From assembly GCF_009914755.1 (NCBI RefSeq), contig NC_060937.1: a stretch of 64,000 nucleotides of DNA. One strand, written 5' to 3'. The notes under the pieces were generated by a model. The model saw only the letters and a program-made list of their open reading frames with translations, was not told the DNA's origin and made no database searches. A program made the position numbers and the translations under genes. Positions 1-11,954 of this stretch are shown here, piece by piece. Every line of letters starts with the position of its first letter. Positions within the stretch are counted from its first letter, which is position 1. The DNA is from the human T2T-CHM13v2.0 reference genome, Homo sapiens.

Positions 1-566
1 TTCATAGGAATGGCATTTAATCTATAAATTGCTTTGGTGAGTATGGTCATTTTTACAATATTTATTCTTCCTATCCATGAGCATGGAATGTTTTTTATTT
101 CTTTGTGACATCTACAATTTCTTTGAGCAGTGTTTTGTAGTTCTCCTTGTAGAAATCTTTCACCTCACTAGTTAGCTTTATTCCTAGGTATTTCATTCTT
201 TTTGTGGCAATTGTGAGTGGGAGTTCTTTCCTTATTTGGCTCCCAGCTTGACTGTTGTTGGTGTATAGGCATGTTAGTGATTTTTGGATGTTGATTTTGT
301 ATCTTGAGACTTTGCTGAAGTTGTTTATCAGCTGAAAGAGCTTTTGGGCTGAGACTATGGGGTTTTCTAGATATATGATGATGTCATCTGCAAACAGGGA
401 TAGTTAGACTTCCTCTTTTCCTGTTTGGATGCCCTTTATTTTTTTTTCTCTTGCCTGATTGCTCTGGCTAGGACTTCAATTACTATGTTGAATAGAAGTG
501 GTAAAAGAGGGCATCCTTGTCTTGTGCCAATTTTCAAAAAGAATCTTACTGGCTTTTGCCCATTCA
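1..566 (-). mobile_element. L1 (L1PA/L1PB-type) ORF2 fragment, running off the window start
   Basis: Antisense ORF2 text ('gatgtcatctgcaaacagg', the reverse complement of the LFADD RT motif; 'ctctggctaggacttc'; 'gggcatccttgtcttgtgcc'). Collinear with the L1 copy at about 52600-53170. Confidence 0.9.
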
Positions 567-814
567 AGAGCCATCTATGACATTCTATTTCTTAAATGGT
601 GTGTTGATACAGATGTGTTCATTTTGTGAGAAACTGCTGAGCAGGGCTTTGGTTTTCTGGGGATGAGGAGGTACATTTTGGTATGTGCATTATTTCTTAT
701 TTTAACAATAAATGATTTAATAATCTTAAATTACCTTTGTAAATTAAAAAAAAGCATTGCCAAGCTATACAATTCTATTTTTCAAATTAGAGTGTACTCA
801 ATCTTGGTCTTGAA

Positions 815-1350
815 GTTCAAAGTTCAGATTTAAACCCTAAAGTTGTGATCCACAGTCATTTTTACAAGTTACTTTCATCTCTCAGAGTATTGTTTTTATC
901 TTTAAGATAAAAAGAAAAGTTTTGTTTTGTTTTGTTTTGTTTTTGTTTGTTTGTTTGTTTTTTTTTTGAAACAGAATCTCCCTCTGTTTCCCGGGCTGGA
1001 GGGCAATGTGGTCATCATGGCTCACTGCAGCCTCCCAGGATCAAGCACTCCTCCTGCCTCAGCCTTCCAAGTAGCTGAAACTACAGGCATGTGCCCCCAC
1101 ATCTGGCTAATTTTTGTATTTTTATGGAAACTGGGTGCCCCTATGTTGCCCAGGCTGGTCTCAGACTCCTGGACTCATGCAATCCTCCTGCCTCAGCCTC
1201 CAAAACTTCTGGGATTACAGGTGTGAGCCACTGCACCCGGCCTAATGAAAACTTTTTAACAAGAAAAAAAAAACACATATCTCAGAAGTTGTTATGAAGA
1301 TTACATGAAGTAATGTTGATTTCAGCTCAGAAATACACATGCCCAGGCCA
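815..1350 (+). mobile_element. MIR SINE split by the Alu at 920-1242
   Basis: The left piece 'caagttacttcatctctcagag...ttttatctttaagata' and the right piece 'atctcagaagttgttatgaagattacatgaagtaatg' match consecutive parts of the MIR core. Confidence 0.6.
920..1242 (-). mobile_element. Alu (AluJ-like) with a (TTTTG)n/(TTTG)n tail
   Basis: Dimeric antisense Alu ending '...gagccactgcacccggcc'. AluJ-type 'atcatggctcactgcagcc' and 'ctatgttgcccaggctggtc'. Confidence 0.95.
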
Positions 1351-1880
1351 GTCTCTTCTGCCCTGTTTCATTGCTAAAGCCTGTGGTCAAGGCACCATCA
1401 CTTTATAAAATAATGAGTCCAACATCTGGATTCCTATGCTTAAATTTTATTCTCAAATTTAGTTTTCTTTCTATAAAATAAATTAATAATACCATAACCC
1501 TCATTTAGCATTTTGTTTGGCACCCCTTCACTATAGGATAAAGTTCATTTTTCTTTTCATGGCAAAGAAGGCTAGTTTCTAATTCTAGACTTCGCTCTCT
1601 CCAGTCTCAGTTTCCACAAATCTGCATCATGAAATCTATTTTTCTATCACAGAAACTTAGAATTCCTCATGTTGCTTTTTATTCCCTACCTTTGAACAAC
1701 ACAATCTCTGTGGCTGAAATGCTCCCTCCCATCTTTACTGTCTGACAAATGCCTATTCATCCTTCTAGATGCAGCTAAAATCCTCCTCTTCTATGAAATC
1801 TTATGGGTTTCCCCTGACATAGTCAATATGTCTAAGTTCTGGGCTCCTCTTAATACTTCATCTTCATAATGCATTAGTCT
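1350..1880 (+). mobile_element. L2 3' fragment (degraded)
   Basis: 'gctgaaatgctccctcc...gcctattcatccttctagatgcagctaaaatcctcctcttctatgaaatctt' resembles the L2 3' region. Confidence 0.55.
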
Positions 1881-2752
1881 GGACCTATATTGTTTGCTAG
1901 CCAAGCTTTACAACTTTGCTGGCATTTCCATAGAAGTTATTACTTTTTTGTCTCTGATAAGTTCAAGAAAAAAATAAAGAAGGAGAGATAAGGACCAGCA
2001 GGTAATGGGAATGGAAAAAAGGATATATCAAATCTGTTGGGATAAGGCTGAGTGGCTTTTCCTCCCTATTTCTTTAGTTATACTCTCAAGATTTTGTGCT
2101 GTGTTGAGGTGTTCTCAAGAGAAGCAAGTGCAAAAGAGGGACAGCTGTGGTTCTGCTAAACTTGGAGTTTAAGCAACACAACTCATAAAAGTTAGAAATA
2201 ACAGTAGAGTCAATGCAAGTTAGAGAATTTCTCCATTGTGGGTCCCAGCCACTCACATGTTATACCCTCACATATAAAGGGGAGTCAATTCCAATATCTC
2301 TTACCCATATCTAATCTTGTTTTATCCATATTGTATTCTATTATTGCTTAACTGAATTTTAATAAAGCATTATTTTCTTCTAGAATACTAGACATATCCA
2401 CTCATTTTAGAATGTGGCATATTGATCACTGTTCAGGAGAATTGGAAAGCATTCTCCCACAAAGAAATCTTGTTCCTACTCAAATAGGCTACTCAGAGAT
2501 TTGCCCTTGTAAAACATGTTCCATCACCAACTGATAATTTGGAGTGTGAAATTTGGAGCCATTATAAATAAATGTAGGATTTATTTGAAGCCAATATATT
2601 TCACGCATTCAGCATTTCTCACACAATTATCATTTATGTGGACCTTTTATTGAAGCTCAGTTTCAGCCAATTTAAAACATAATTGCTTATCTTACCTAAA
2701 TGCACACCTGAGACATGCAAAGTAAATTTTGGATTGCCAATGTCATCCCAAA

Positions 2753-2860
2753 TGCTGAGACACAATTCTTGATAGCTTGCTCACATTTTTGCACATCTTG
2801 CAAGAGAGTTACTAACACCCTTTTACCTGGAGTTTGTTTTTAAGGACATTTGTACTATCT
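2753..2860 (+). mobile_element. ERV1 LTR 5' fragment (MER83/MER84-like)
   Basis: 'tgctgagacacaattcttgatagcttgctcacatttttgcacatcttgcaagag' resembles the recalled MER83/84 5' end. Confidence 0.4.
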
Positions 2861-3849
2861 TTATTGTAGGATTTTTTTTTTTTAATTAATAGGCTTCATT
2901 TCTTAGAGCAGTTTTAGGTTTACGGAAAATTGAAGAGACAGTACAGATCTCCCATATACCTCCACTTCCTTCCAATCAGTTTCCTATTAAAACATTTTGC
3001 ATTAGGTGTGGCATTTTGTTAGAATAGATTGGGCAATATTGGTACATTACTGTTAACTAAAGTTCATAGTTTACACTAGAGTTCAGGCTTTGTGTCATAC
3101 AATTTTATGGATTTTGACAAATGTGTAATGTCATATATCCAATATTAAGGTATCAAACAGTATAATTTTAGTGCCTTAGAAATCTCTGTGCACCATTTAT
3201 TCATCTCTCTCTCCCTCTAACCCTTGGCAACCACTAATTTTTTTCCATTTCTACAGGTTTGCCTTTTCCTTACATGTCATATAGTTGGAATCATATAGTA
3301 ATATTTTTTCAGACTGACTTGTTTTCCCATAAGCAATATGCATTTAAGGTTTTTCTAAGTCTTTTCATAGCTTGGTAACTATTTCTTTTTATTACTGAGT
3401 AATATTTCATTGCCCAGAAACATTTGTTTATTTACTCACCTTTTGAAACAATATTTTGTCTCTTTCAGTTTTGGGTAATTATGAATAAAACTTCTATGAA
3501 CATTTGTATGCAGTGTTTGTGTGAACAAATATTTCCGCTTCACTTAGATAAATCAAATGTGAAAAAACACTATGTTTAGCTATGAGAAACATTGCTTTAA
3601 TATGTTTGTCTATATGAGAAGCTTCTGGAATGTCTAAAGTGACAGTACCACTTCACATTTTTACCAGTAAGGAATGAATGAGCCTACTGCTCTGAATTCT
3701 TTACAGCATTAGTTGTTTTCAGTTTGGAAGGTGTTGTGTGGTAGAGGTAATAGTTGTGTGGTGGTATCTCATTGTCATTTTAATTTAAAATTCCCTAATG
3801 ACACATGATACTGTGAATCATTATATGCTTATTTGCCATATATATCCAC

Positions 3850-4312
3850 ATATATATCATATGAGTATATGATATATATATCATGAGTATATGATATATA
3901 TATCATATGAGTATATGATATATATATCATATGAGTATATGATATATATATCATATGAGTATATGATATATATATCATATGAGTATATGATATATATATC
4001 ATATGAGTATATGATATATATATCATATGAGTATATGATATATATATCATATGAGTATATGATATATATATCATATGAGTATATGATATATATATCATAT
4101 GAGTATATGATATATATATCATATGAGTATATGATATATATATCATATGAGTATATGATATATATCATATGAGTATATGATATATATCATATGAGTATAT
4201 GATATATATCATACATATGATATATCATATATATGATGTATATCATACATATGGTATATCATATGTATGATATATCATATGTATGATATATATGTATGAT
4301 ATATATCATGTA
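3850..4312. repeat. AT-rich minisatellite, 24-bp unit GAGT+ATATGATATATATATCATAT, degenerating to the right
   Basis: 11 exact 24-mers from 3885 to 4148, then 22-bp variants and decayed ATATC/ATATG units. It explains the (MIYISYEY)n ORFs. Confidence 0.97.
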
Positions 4313-5596
4313 TCTCCTTTGATAGAGTGTCTATCCAAATCCTTTGTCTATTTTTGATTAAACTGTACACTTATTGTTGAATATTAAAAGTTATTTGACA
4401 TATTTTGAGGTAAGTCCTTTATCAGGTAAGTGTTTTGTAAATATTACTTCCCAGTCTGTAGCTTGTCTCTTAACAGTGTCACTTGTATAGCAGAAATATT
4501 TAATTTTAACAAAGTCCAACATCAATTTTTTCTTCGACGCATTGTTCTTTTAGTGTTGTTTCTAAAAATGTATTGCCAAATGAAAGGTCACATAGATTTT
4601 GTCCTATAATATCTTCTAGAAAGTATAGAGTTTTGTGTTTTATATTTAGGTGTCTAATCCATTCCCAGTTAAATTTTGTGAAAAGAAGTATATGGTGTGA
4701 GTTGGATTCGTTTTTGGTTTTGTGCATATACATGTACAAATATTCTAGCACCATTTATTGAAAAGCCTCTCTCCACTGCATTACCATTTCTTTTTTGTCA
4801 AAGATAAGTAGACTACATTAGTGTGGATCTATTTCTGGGTTATCTATTCTGTTCCACTGATCTATTTACTTATTCTTTCATCAATATCATACTGTCTTAA
4901 TTACTGGAAGCTACATAATAAGTTCTGAAGTTGGATAATGTCGGTCCTTCAACTTGTTCTTCACTATTATATTGGTTGTGTTTTTAGTTCTTTCTTTCAA
5001 GATTTTAAATGCTTACTCCACTCTTGTACAGTTTCTGATGAAAAGTTGGATATAATTTATACCCTAGTGTCTATATATGTTAGGCATTCCTATCCCCATC
5101 CCCTGGTTTCTATCTAGATGTTATGTTTGTCTTTGGTTTTCTGAAGTTTGAATATGTTATACCTAGGTGTGAGGTTTTTGGTATTTATTCCTCTTGGTGT
5201 TATCTGAGCTTTTTGGCTATGTGGCTTGAATTTTATCATTAGTTTTGGGAAATATGAAGTCATTATTACTTCAAATAGTTCTTCTACACCTTACACATTT
5301 TTTTCTGCTATCATCATTATGCACATGTTATACCTATTTACATTTTTACACAATTTTTGGATATCCTGTTCTATTTTTCCATTTTTTAAAAATTCCTTTT
5401 CTGTATTTTTTTTTTTTTTGCATTTCAGATTCGTAGGTAATTATTGTCATATCTTCAGGGTCATTGGATACTTTACTTGAATGGGTTCAATCTATTTGTG
5501 AAGGCAACAAAAGAATTCTTCATACATTTTTTAATTTATAGCATTGCCTTTTGATTCTTTATTAAAATTTCAGTCTCTCATTTCATATTACCCATG

Positions 5597-5969
5597 TGCT
5601 ATGGTTTGAATGCCTTTCCTTTCTGAAACTCTTTTCAAACTTAATTTCCAATGCAACAGTATTGAATTGAGACCTTTAAGAAGTAACTGGGTCACAAGAA
5701 ATTAATTGATGAATGGATTAATAGATTAATCAATTATCATGGGAGTAAGTTATCACAAGAGTGGATTTGTTATAGAAGCAAGTCGGGCTTTTCAGTGCCT
5801 TCTCTCACCCTGTGATGCCTTCCACCTTGTTGAGACACAACACTAGAAGCCAACCAGATGCAGCTGCCCAATATTGGACTTCCTGGCCATGATATGAAAT
5901 ACAGGTCCTTTATTTATAAATTACAAGACTTAGGTATTCAGCTATAGCAACAGAAAACCAAATAAAGCA
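5597..5969 (+). mobile_element. MaLR LTR (MSTD-like)
   Basis: Starts 'tgctatggtttgaatg', contains 'gaatggattaatagattaat', ends 'ataaattac...ggtattcagctatagcaacagaaaac'. L1 sequence resumes on both sides. Confidence 0.85.
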
Positions 5970-6249
5970 ACATTTATTCTTTTATATTCACTTTTTTCCA
6001 TGAATGATCTTAGCAAATTGCTTATAATTATTTTTAATTGCTAGTCTGATAAATTCAGAATTTGTCATCTGAGTCTGAATCTGTTTCTTATGTTTCCTCT
6101 GCTGATTTTTAAAATATATTTCTTTGCCTTCTAGCATATTTTGTAGTTTTTCTTGTTGGTGTTGAGAGCCAGACATAACACATGAGGTAACAGAACCTGA
6201 GATGAATTGACCTTTATTGTGAGAGATTATGTTTACTTGGGTAGGGCTT

Positions 6250-6985
6250 ATATCAAAAAGATACTTTCACTTGTATGTATATAAAGTAGTATTCACAAGA
6301 GCAAAGACATGGAATTAACCTAAATGTCCATCAATGGATGCTTAGATTTTTAAAAAAGATATCAATATCATATATCTCTATCTACATACAGATATCATAT
6401 ATCTATATGTAGAAATCATATATCTATCTATATATAGATATCATATATCTATCTATATATAGATATCATATATCTATATGTAGAAATCATATATCTATCT
6501 ATATATAGATATTTATATATCTATCTGTATGCAGCTCCCATATATCGGTATATAGATCTCATATATCTATATCTATCTATTTATTTATCTATCTACACAC
6601 ACACACACACAATGGAATACTCCTTAGCCATAAAAAAGAATGGAATTGTTTATTTTATAGCAACATGGATGGAACAGGAGACCACAATCATATGTGAACT
6701 AACTCAGAAACAGACAGTAAAATACTGTATGTTCTCAAAAGTGGGAGTTAAATAATGTGTACACAAGGACATAGAGAGTGAAATAATAGACAACAGAGAC
6801 TTCAGAAAGGTGTGAGGGTGGTAAGGGGGTGAGGGAAAAGGAATTACCTAATGGGTACAATGTACACTATTCAGGTGATGGTTACATTAATAACCTAGAC
6901 TTCACCACTATGTAATACATTCATGGACCAAACCTGCACTTATACTCCTTAAATCTATTTTTAAAAGCCCACAAATAAATAAAAT
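6250..6985 (+). mobile_element. L1MA-type 3' end (5'-truncated)
   Basis: 'gcaaagacatggaattaacctaaatgtccatcaatggatg', 'aatggaatactccttagccataaaaaagaat' and 'gggtacaatgtacactattcaggtgatgg', followed by an A-rich end. Confidence 0.9.
6355..6610. repeat. Compound AT-rich repeat (ATAGAT/ATCAT units, (TCTA)n, (CA)n) expanded inside the L1 3'UTR
   Basis: 'gatatcatatatctatatgtagaaatcatatatctatctatatata' occurs twice. The repeat ends in (CA)n. Confidence 0.85.
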
Positions 6986-7159
6986 ATCTTTTTTATTAAA
7001 AAAATTCAGAATATCTTCCAAAGTATTGCATTTAAACATCAGGAGATATACTATGTGGCAGAAAAAAGCAACAGCAGAAAGCTAACATTGAGAAATACAG
7101 TGACTTAAGGATTTGCCAAGAAGCCTAAACCTTAAGGTTATTCTTGTCCCCAAACCACA

Positions 7160-7621
7160 ATTTTTCAATAATTTAAATTGACATACAATAGTTGTACATA
7201 TTTGGGGGGTACATGTGATATTTTGTTGTCTGTAAACAATGTGTAATGATCAAATCAAGGTAATTGGAATATCCATCACCTCAAAATTTACCTTTTTCTT
7301 TCTGTTGGGGATATTTTAATTCTAAATATTTTGAAATATACAATAAATTATTGTTAACTATAGTCTCTCTACTATATTACTGAAATATTAGAGCTTATTC
7401 CTTCTATCTAACTGTACTTTTGCATTTTTTAACCAACTTCTCTTTACCACCACACTCCACATTCTTCCCAACCTCTGATAACCACCATTCTACTCTCTAC
7501 CTCCGCAGTCCATTTTTTTTCATGATCTACATAGGAGTGAGAATATGCACTATTTCTCTTTCTGTGCTTGGCTTATAATAAATGGATAAAGAAAGCATGA
7601 CTCTCTCTCTCTCTCTCTATG

Positions 7622-7653
<32 letters not shown>

Positions 7654-7790
7654 AAATGGAATATATTATTGTGTGTGTATACATATATGTACTATATATA
7701 TATGTATATTATTGGAATATATTATTCAGCCATTAACAAGAAATATTACTTTCAGCTACATGAATGGAACTGACAGTCATTATTTTAGTA
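7160..7790 (-). mobile_element. L1MA 3' end with a 5' inversion (7160-7575 minus, 7576-7790 plus)
   Basis: The minus piece has the L1MA terminus 'aattgacatacaatagttgtacatatttggggggtacatgtg'. The plus piece 'aatggataaagaaa...ggaatatattattcagcca...atggaactgacagtcattat' is the immediately upstream part of the 3'UTR. Confidence 0.8.
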
Positions 7791-7934
7791 TTTTAGGTTT
7801 CCAATTATTGTCACTTAGAGACTGGTTCTTTTAAATATGATTTTGTGCATGCTATCTCAACACCTTGCAGAAAACTGTTAACCATTATTTGTTTTAATAA
7901 TCATTTATTCATGTATTCAGCAAATACATAATGA

Positions 7935-8245
7935 GGCTGGGCATAGTGGCCCATGCCTGTAATACCAGCACTTTGGAAGGCCAAGGCAGGAAAATTGCCT
8001 GAGCCCAGGACTTGAAGACCAGCTGGGCAACATAGTGAGACACTGTCTCTACCAAAAATAAAGAAAATTATCTGGGCATCATGGCAAATGCATGTAGTCC
8101 CTGCTACTCGTGAAACTGAGGCAGGAAGATCACTTCAGCTTAGGAGTTTGAGGCTTCAGTGAGCCGTGATCTTACCACTGCACTCCAGTGTGGGTGACAC
8201 AGCAAGACTTTGTTTTAAAAAACAATACCAAACAAAATAAAATGC
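7935..8245 (+). mobile_element. Alu (AluJ-like)
   Basis: Dimeric Alu with an A-rich tail and an imperfect TSD (aaatacataatga / aaatatgtaatga). Confidence 0.95.
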
Positions 8246-8449
8246 TAAATATGTAATGAACATGTAACAAGAAATTTTTCATGTTATTTTTTTCCCCTCC
8301 TTTCTATAACTCTTACATTAATTTCTATTGCTTGTTGGTGAAATAAGCCAAATAAAACAATATTGTGCCAAACATTTTAAAGGGTTATATGCTGTAGATT
8401 ATATTAATTCCACTATCACATTACATGACAATTTGACTGCATAAATATT

Positions 8450-8900
8450 TTACCTTTAAATTGCTTTAGCTTCAGCACTTCCAAAATATTACTTCATTGT
8501 GTTTTTGCAAATCATGTTGTTGTTGCAAAGTTTGCTATCAGTCAGATTCTCAGATTCTTTTTTCTTTACAGGGAGTCTTCGCTGAATTCAACGTATTTAA
8601 GGTATTTAAAATTCACTCTAATGTGACTAGATAGTCATTTTCCTTGTCAATTCTATTTGGTACTCTGTGAGCCCCAGTTGTCAGTAGTTTTATTTTTCCT
8701 TAGTTCTAGGAAATTTGTTATTATTATAGAATTGATTATCTTTTCCCCTTTTCAATGTGTTTTCTGCTTCTTTTGTATTTTTAACATCTAGATCTTAGTA
8801 ATTCTATTTTTTCTTTTTTTTTAAGGTATCATACTTTTTCTTATATGTTATCTCTCTAATATTTCTTGCTGCCTTTCTGGAAAACTTTTTATTGTGCTTT
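8450..8900 (-). mobile_element. Degraded ancient L1M fragment (ORF1 side)
   Basis: T-rich L1M-like text ('cttcagcacttccaaaatattacttcattgtgttttt...gcaaagtttgctatcagtc'). Confidence 0.4.
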
Positions 8901-8909
8901 TTAGTTGAA

Positions 8910-9510
8910 ATGATGTAGGATTTTTCTCATTCACTTTGTAGCCTGGGGACCCCTGGCTGGTGATGCTCCCACTAGGGCCTTACTCAGCCATACTACCTGC
9001 CAGAGGAGGTGGCCTGCCCACTCAGCCTGCTGGGACCACACCTGGCTTGTATACCAGCTCGGCCCCAGCCCACCTGTGTTATAGCTCATACCTGTGTTCA
9101 GTGGTTCCCAAGTTCTTGTCCCACATCCAAGAAGAATGAGAATACGCTGACAATTGAAGGATGAGGATGACGGAGAATAATTTTATTGAGTGATGAAACA
9201 GCTCTCAGAAGAAAGGGGACATGAGGGTGGTCAACCACCTATTGGGTGGTTTCTCTCTCAGTGTGGCTGGGTCTGTGGCTTTTACAGGCACAGAATGGGG
9301 AAAAGTGGGCTATAGGTAGCATTGGAAAAGGTAACATTTGATTGGTTAAAAAGCATTATTCAGAAAGAACCAATCAGGAAAGAGTGGGCAAACAGGAATA
9401 GAAATTCTCACTCTGGATTGCAGGTTTCAGGCTGTTTTGGGCTTAGAGGTGGGGTTTAACTGGGACCTGCCCTTGTCTGCCTAGGATTTGTCTGCCTACT
9501 GCTGCTCTCA
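8910..9510 (-). mobile_element. ERV1 solo LTR (LTR27/LTR28-like)
   Basis: TG...CA ends. The reverse strand begins '...ggcagacaaatcctaggcagacaagggcaggtcccag...aaaccccacc'. Contains 'gttcttgtcccacatccaagaagaatgag'. GC content jumps relative to the flanks. Confidence 0.75.
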
Positions 9511-9769
9511 CAAGTATGCATTTCTTACCTGTTGGCCTTTTTGATTATTTTGGATCCTTTAGTTAAATATAATATTTCTCATATGCAATTAACTGTCTTA
9601 CTATAAAAAAATCTTTCTAGTTCATGTAACAAGATCTTCTCTTACTTCCTTGGGAATATTTATTATGCTCACTATTCTAGTAATTATCTTCATACATTCT
9701 GTGTTGCACACTTTGTTGGCTTTTACAGTGTTTGACTTATTGTCTGTCTATTTATCTATATCTATCTAT

Positions 9770-10418
9770 TGAAGGGTTAGAAAAGATGTGATACCTTTCC
9801 TCACCCATAACAGTCATAGATGACATTCCTGTAACAACGACAGGTTAACAAGAGAAAAGCATAACAAATTTATTTATTCAAAGTTTTACCTGACATGGAC
9901 GAATTCAAAAATAAAGACCCAAAGACCCAGGGAAAATCATCCATTTTATGCTTGGCTTAGATGAAGAATGAACAGATGTGTAGAAATGGGACTGGTCTAA
10001 GTGTTAATAGACTTAGAGGGGAAGGTCAGCAAGACCTGTCTGTTTAGATTATTCTTGGCCTCTCTATGCAGCATTTCTTCTTCCTAGGTATAAGGCAAGG
10101 ACCCTCTGGAATGAGAGTCTTATGACCAACCATCCGACAAGGTGGGTCAGAGAATTTCCTTATGGCCAGCTCCTACACAGAAGGGTGAAGAAATACTGGA
10201 GTAATTTTTCTTTTTATATGACCTGCCTTTGTGAAGATGAACTCTACTTTCTATGGATTGCCTTGGGGGAGAAAGAGGAGCAAGAGACATCAGGGCAGGA
10301 AGTCAGAGAGAGACTTTGCTTCTAAAGCTGCTCCTAGGACTTTGCAATCTCCTTCAGTTGAAAGTAGTCAGCATGCCAAAGATCAATACTTTAGGCTATT
10401 GTTTTCTGAGCTCTAATA
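9770..10418 (-). mobile_element. ERV1 LTR (MER34/MER39 group)
   Basis: 'acaggttaacaagagaaaagcataacaaatttatt...aaagacccaaagacccagggaaaa'. The reverse strand starts '...gctcagaaaacaatagcctaaagta...ggcatgctga'. Confidence 0.75.
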
Positions 10419-10714
10419 TCATCCATCCAATTATCTGCCTGTTTATTCATATCCATCACTGTCATCATTAGGTTATTGTTTTTATGGATAAATTGAATTG
10501 GGGAAGAGGTAGGCTTGGACCCTTTTTTGTGTCCCTTCAGCTAGTTTAACATAATACTAATTTTAAAAACAGAAATATTTCTATGAAATTATATCCTAAA
10601 GCCAGATGGAGAAAGGAATATATATAAACATATCATGATGAATGGCTTTCTGGTTAACATTTCTCTGTTAGAGTGACCCTTGTTTTATAAAACCTAACTT
10701 CATAGATAGAACTG

Positions 10715-11232
10715 AAAAATACTTTTTAAATTTTAGTCAGGCTTCTCTGAGCCCTTTGTTTGACTTGGCTCAACTTTGGCCTTCTGTCTCTGTGTTCATA
10801 AAGTACAGTTTTAGCAAGTAAAGTACGGTTTTAGCAAGAATCTTGCTAAGTCAATTTAGCCAGAAGATCCCACCCTTGATATCTAATTACTTTTAATAGT
10901 TTAATAAATTACTCATTTTCTACCATCCCCCAGGTAATATTTGATCACTCTGATTTGCCTTCAGCAAGAATTTTGTCACTTTGGTTGATCCAGTATCTCC
11001 CTTACTTAAGAGGAAACTTAAGTTTCCTCTTAGTAGTTTTTTATCCACTGACCCCAACCCTGCTCCTTGGATATATATTTCCACTTTTCTTTGTTGTATT
11101 CATAGATGAGCACAATCTCTCTCCCTTACTGAGAAATCTCATTAAGATAGTCCCTATACCTATCGTGATGGCCCTGAATAAAAGTCTTCCTTGCTGTTTT
11201 AAACAAGTATAATAAATATTTTTTCCTTAACA
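10715..11232 (+). mobile_element. ERV1 LTR (MER31-like)
   Basis: 'ttagtcaggcttctctgagccc', 'cagttttagcaagaatcttgctaagtc', 'cccacccttgatatct', AATAAA near 11178 and an end at 'ttaaca'. Confidence 0.8.
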
Positions 11233-11954
11233 GTATATATTCTCTAATGTAATGTTTTAAAGCCAATTCTTATATGCAATTATATTTATACATAATATAG
11301 CATTTTTTAAAAGTTAAAAAAGTTACTTTTCTAACATGATTTGGAAACTGCTAGAATAATTGAGCCTTAAGTGTCAAAGGCATGAAATTTGCATATAATC
11401 TTACATACAAAGCAATTAATTGTTACCTATCAAATTTGTAGACAATCAGAAATTATTCTGAAGCATGTACATCCTAACGTAACAACATCTTACTTATATG
11501 GGTGCTTTATTTTGATTTAATTACATTATGGGAGTTTGTAGTTAAGATATATGGCATTTTATTTATTTTTTCTCATTGGTTGATGTTAGTTAGAAAAGTT
11601 TTTTATCCTAATTATCTATTTTTTCTCTCTGTTTGGATCTTTCAAATTTGCCACTTATTATTTGGATTGTACCAGAGTTTCTAAATACGTACAGTATTTT
11701 AAACTGAAGATTTTCATCAAATAATTATGTGAGTTTTGCTCACAAATAAAGAAAATATTGCTTGTTTCCCATTTAAGGTAATTTCAATCAATATTTTATT
11801 TGATATTCAATGATTAATTGATACTGACCAAGACAGCTTTCTTTGTTCCCTTCAACTTGACTAAAGCTTAGGCATGTTTCTTTCTTACTGTAGGCCACCT
11901 GGATCTCGCTTTTCTTAGAAAACTTGCTATTGCAGACTCTTTCTCTGCCCCTTT

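Larger units (their letters stand above)
2875..6245 (-). mobile_element. L1MC-type element with a large internal deletion, interrupted by a minisatellite and an MST LTR
   Basis: L1MC 3' end ('ttagagcagttttaggtttacggaaaattgaagag...ctcccatatacc'). 3'UTR and ORF2 end run to about 4970, then ORF1-region sequence homologous to 59875-60760. Confidence 0.8.

Noticed and set aside
927-1297. ORFs of 99 and 68 aa (also 39385, 44082, 44786, 57830, 57959, 62306, 62499)
   Set aside because: Typical Alu read-through peptides.
3829-4172. Three ORFs with 8-aa repeats (MIYISYEY, MIYISYTH, DIYIIYSY)
   Set aside because: These are translations of the 24-bp minisatellite, with no gene context.
3850-4312. CRISPR-like array of palindromic repeats
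   Set aside because: The spacer is a constant 4 bp (GAGT) rather than unique sequence, there are no cas genes, and the DNA is primate.
10800-10840. Short local tandem duplications (also about 26447-26483, 44370-44455 and 46925-46965)
   Set aside because: Ordinary slippage duplications inside old repeats.
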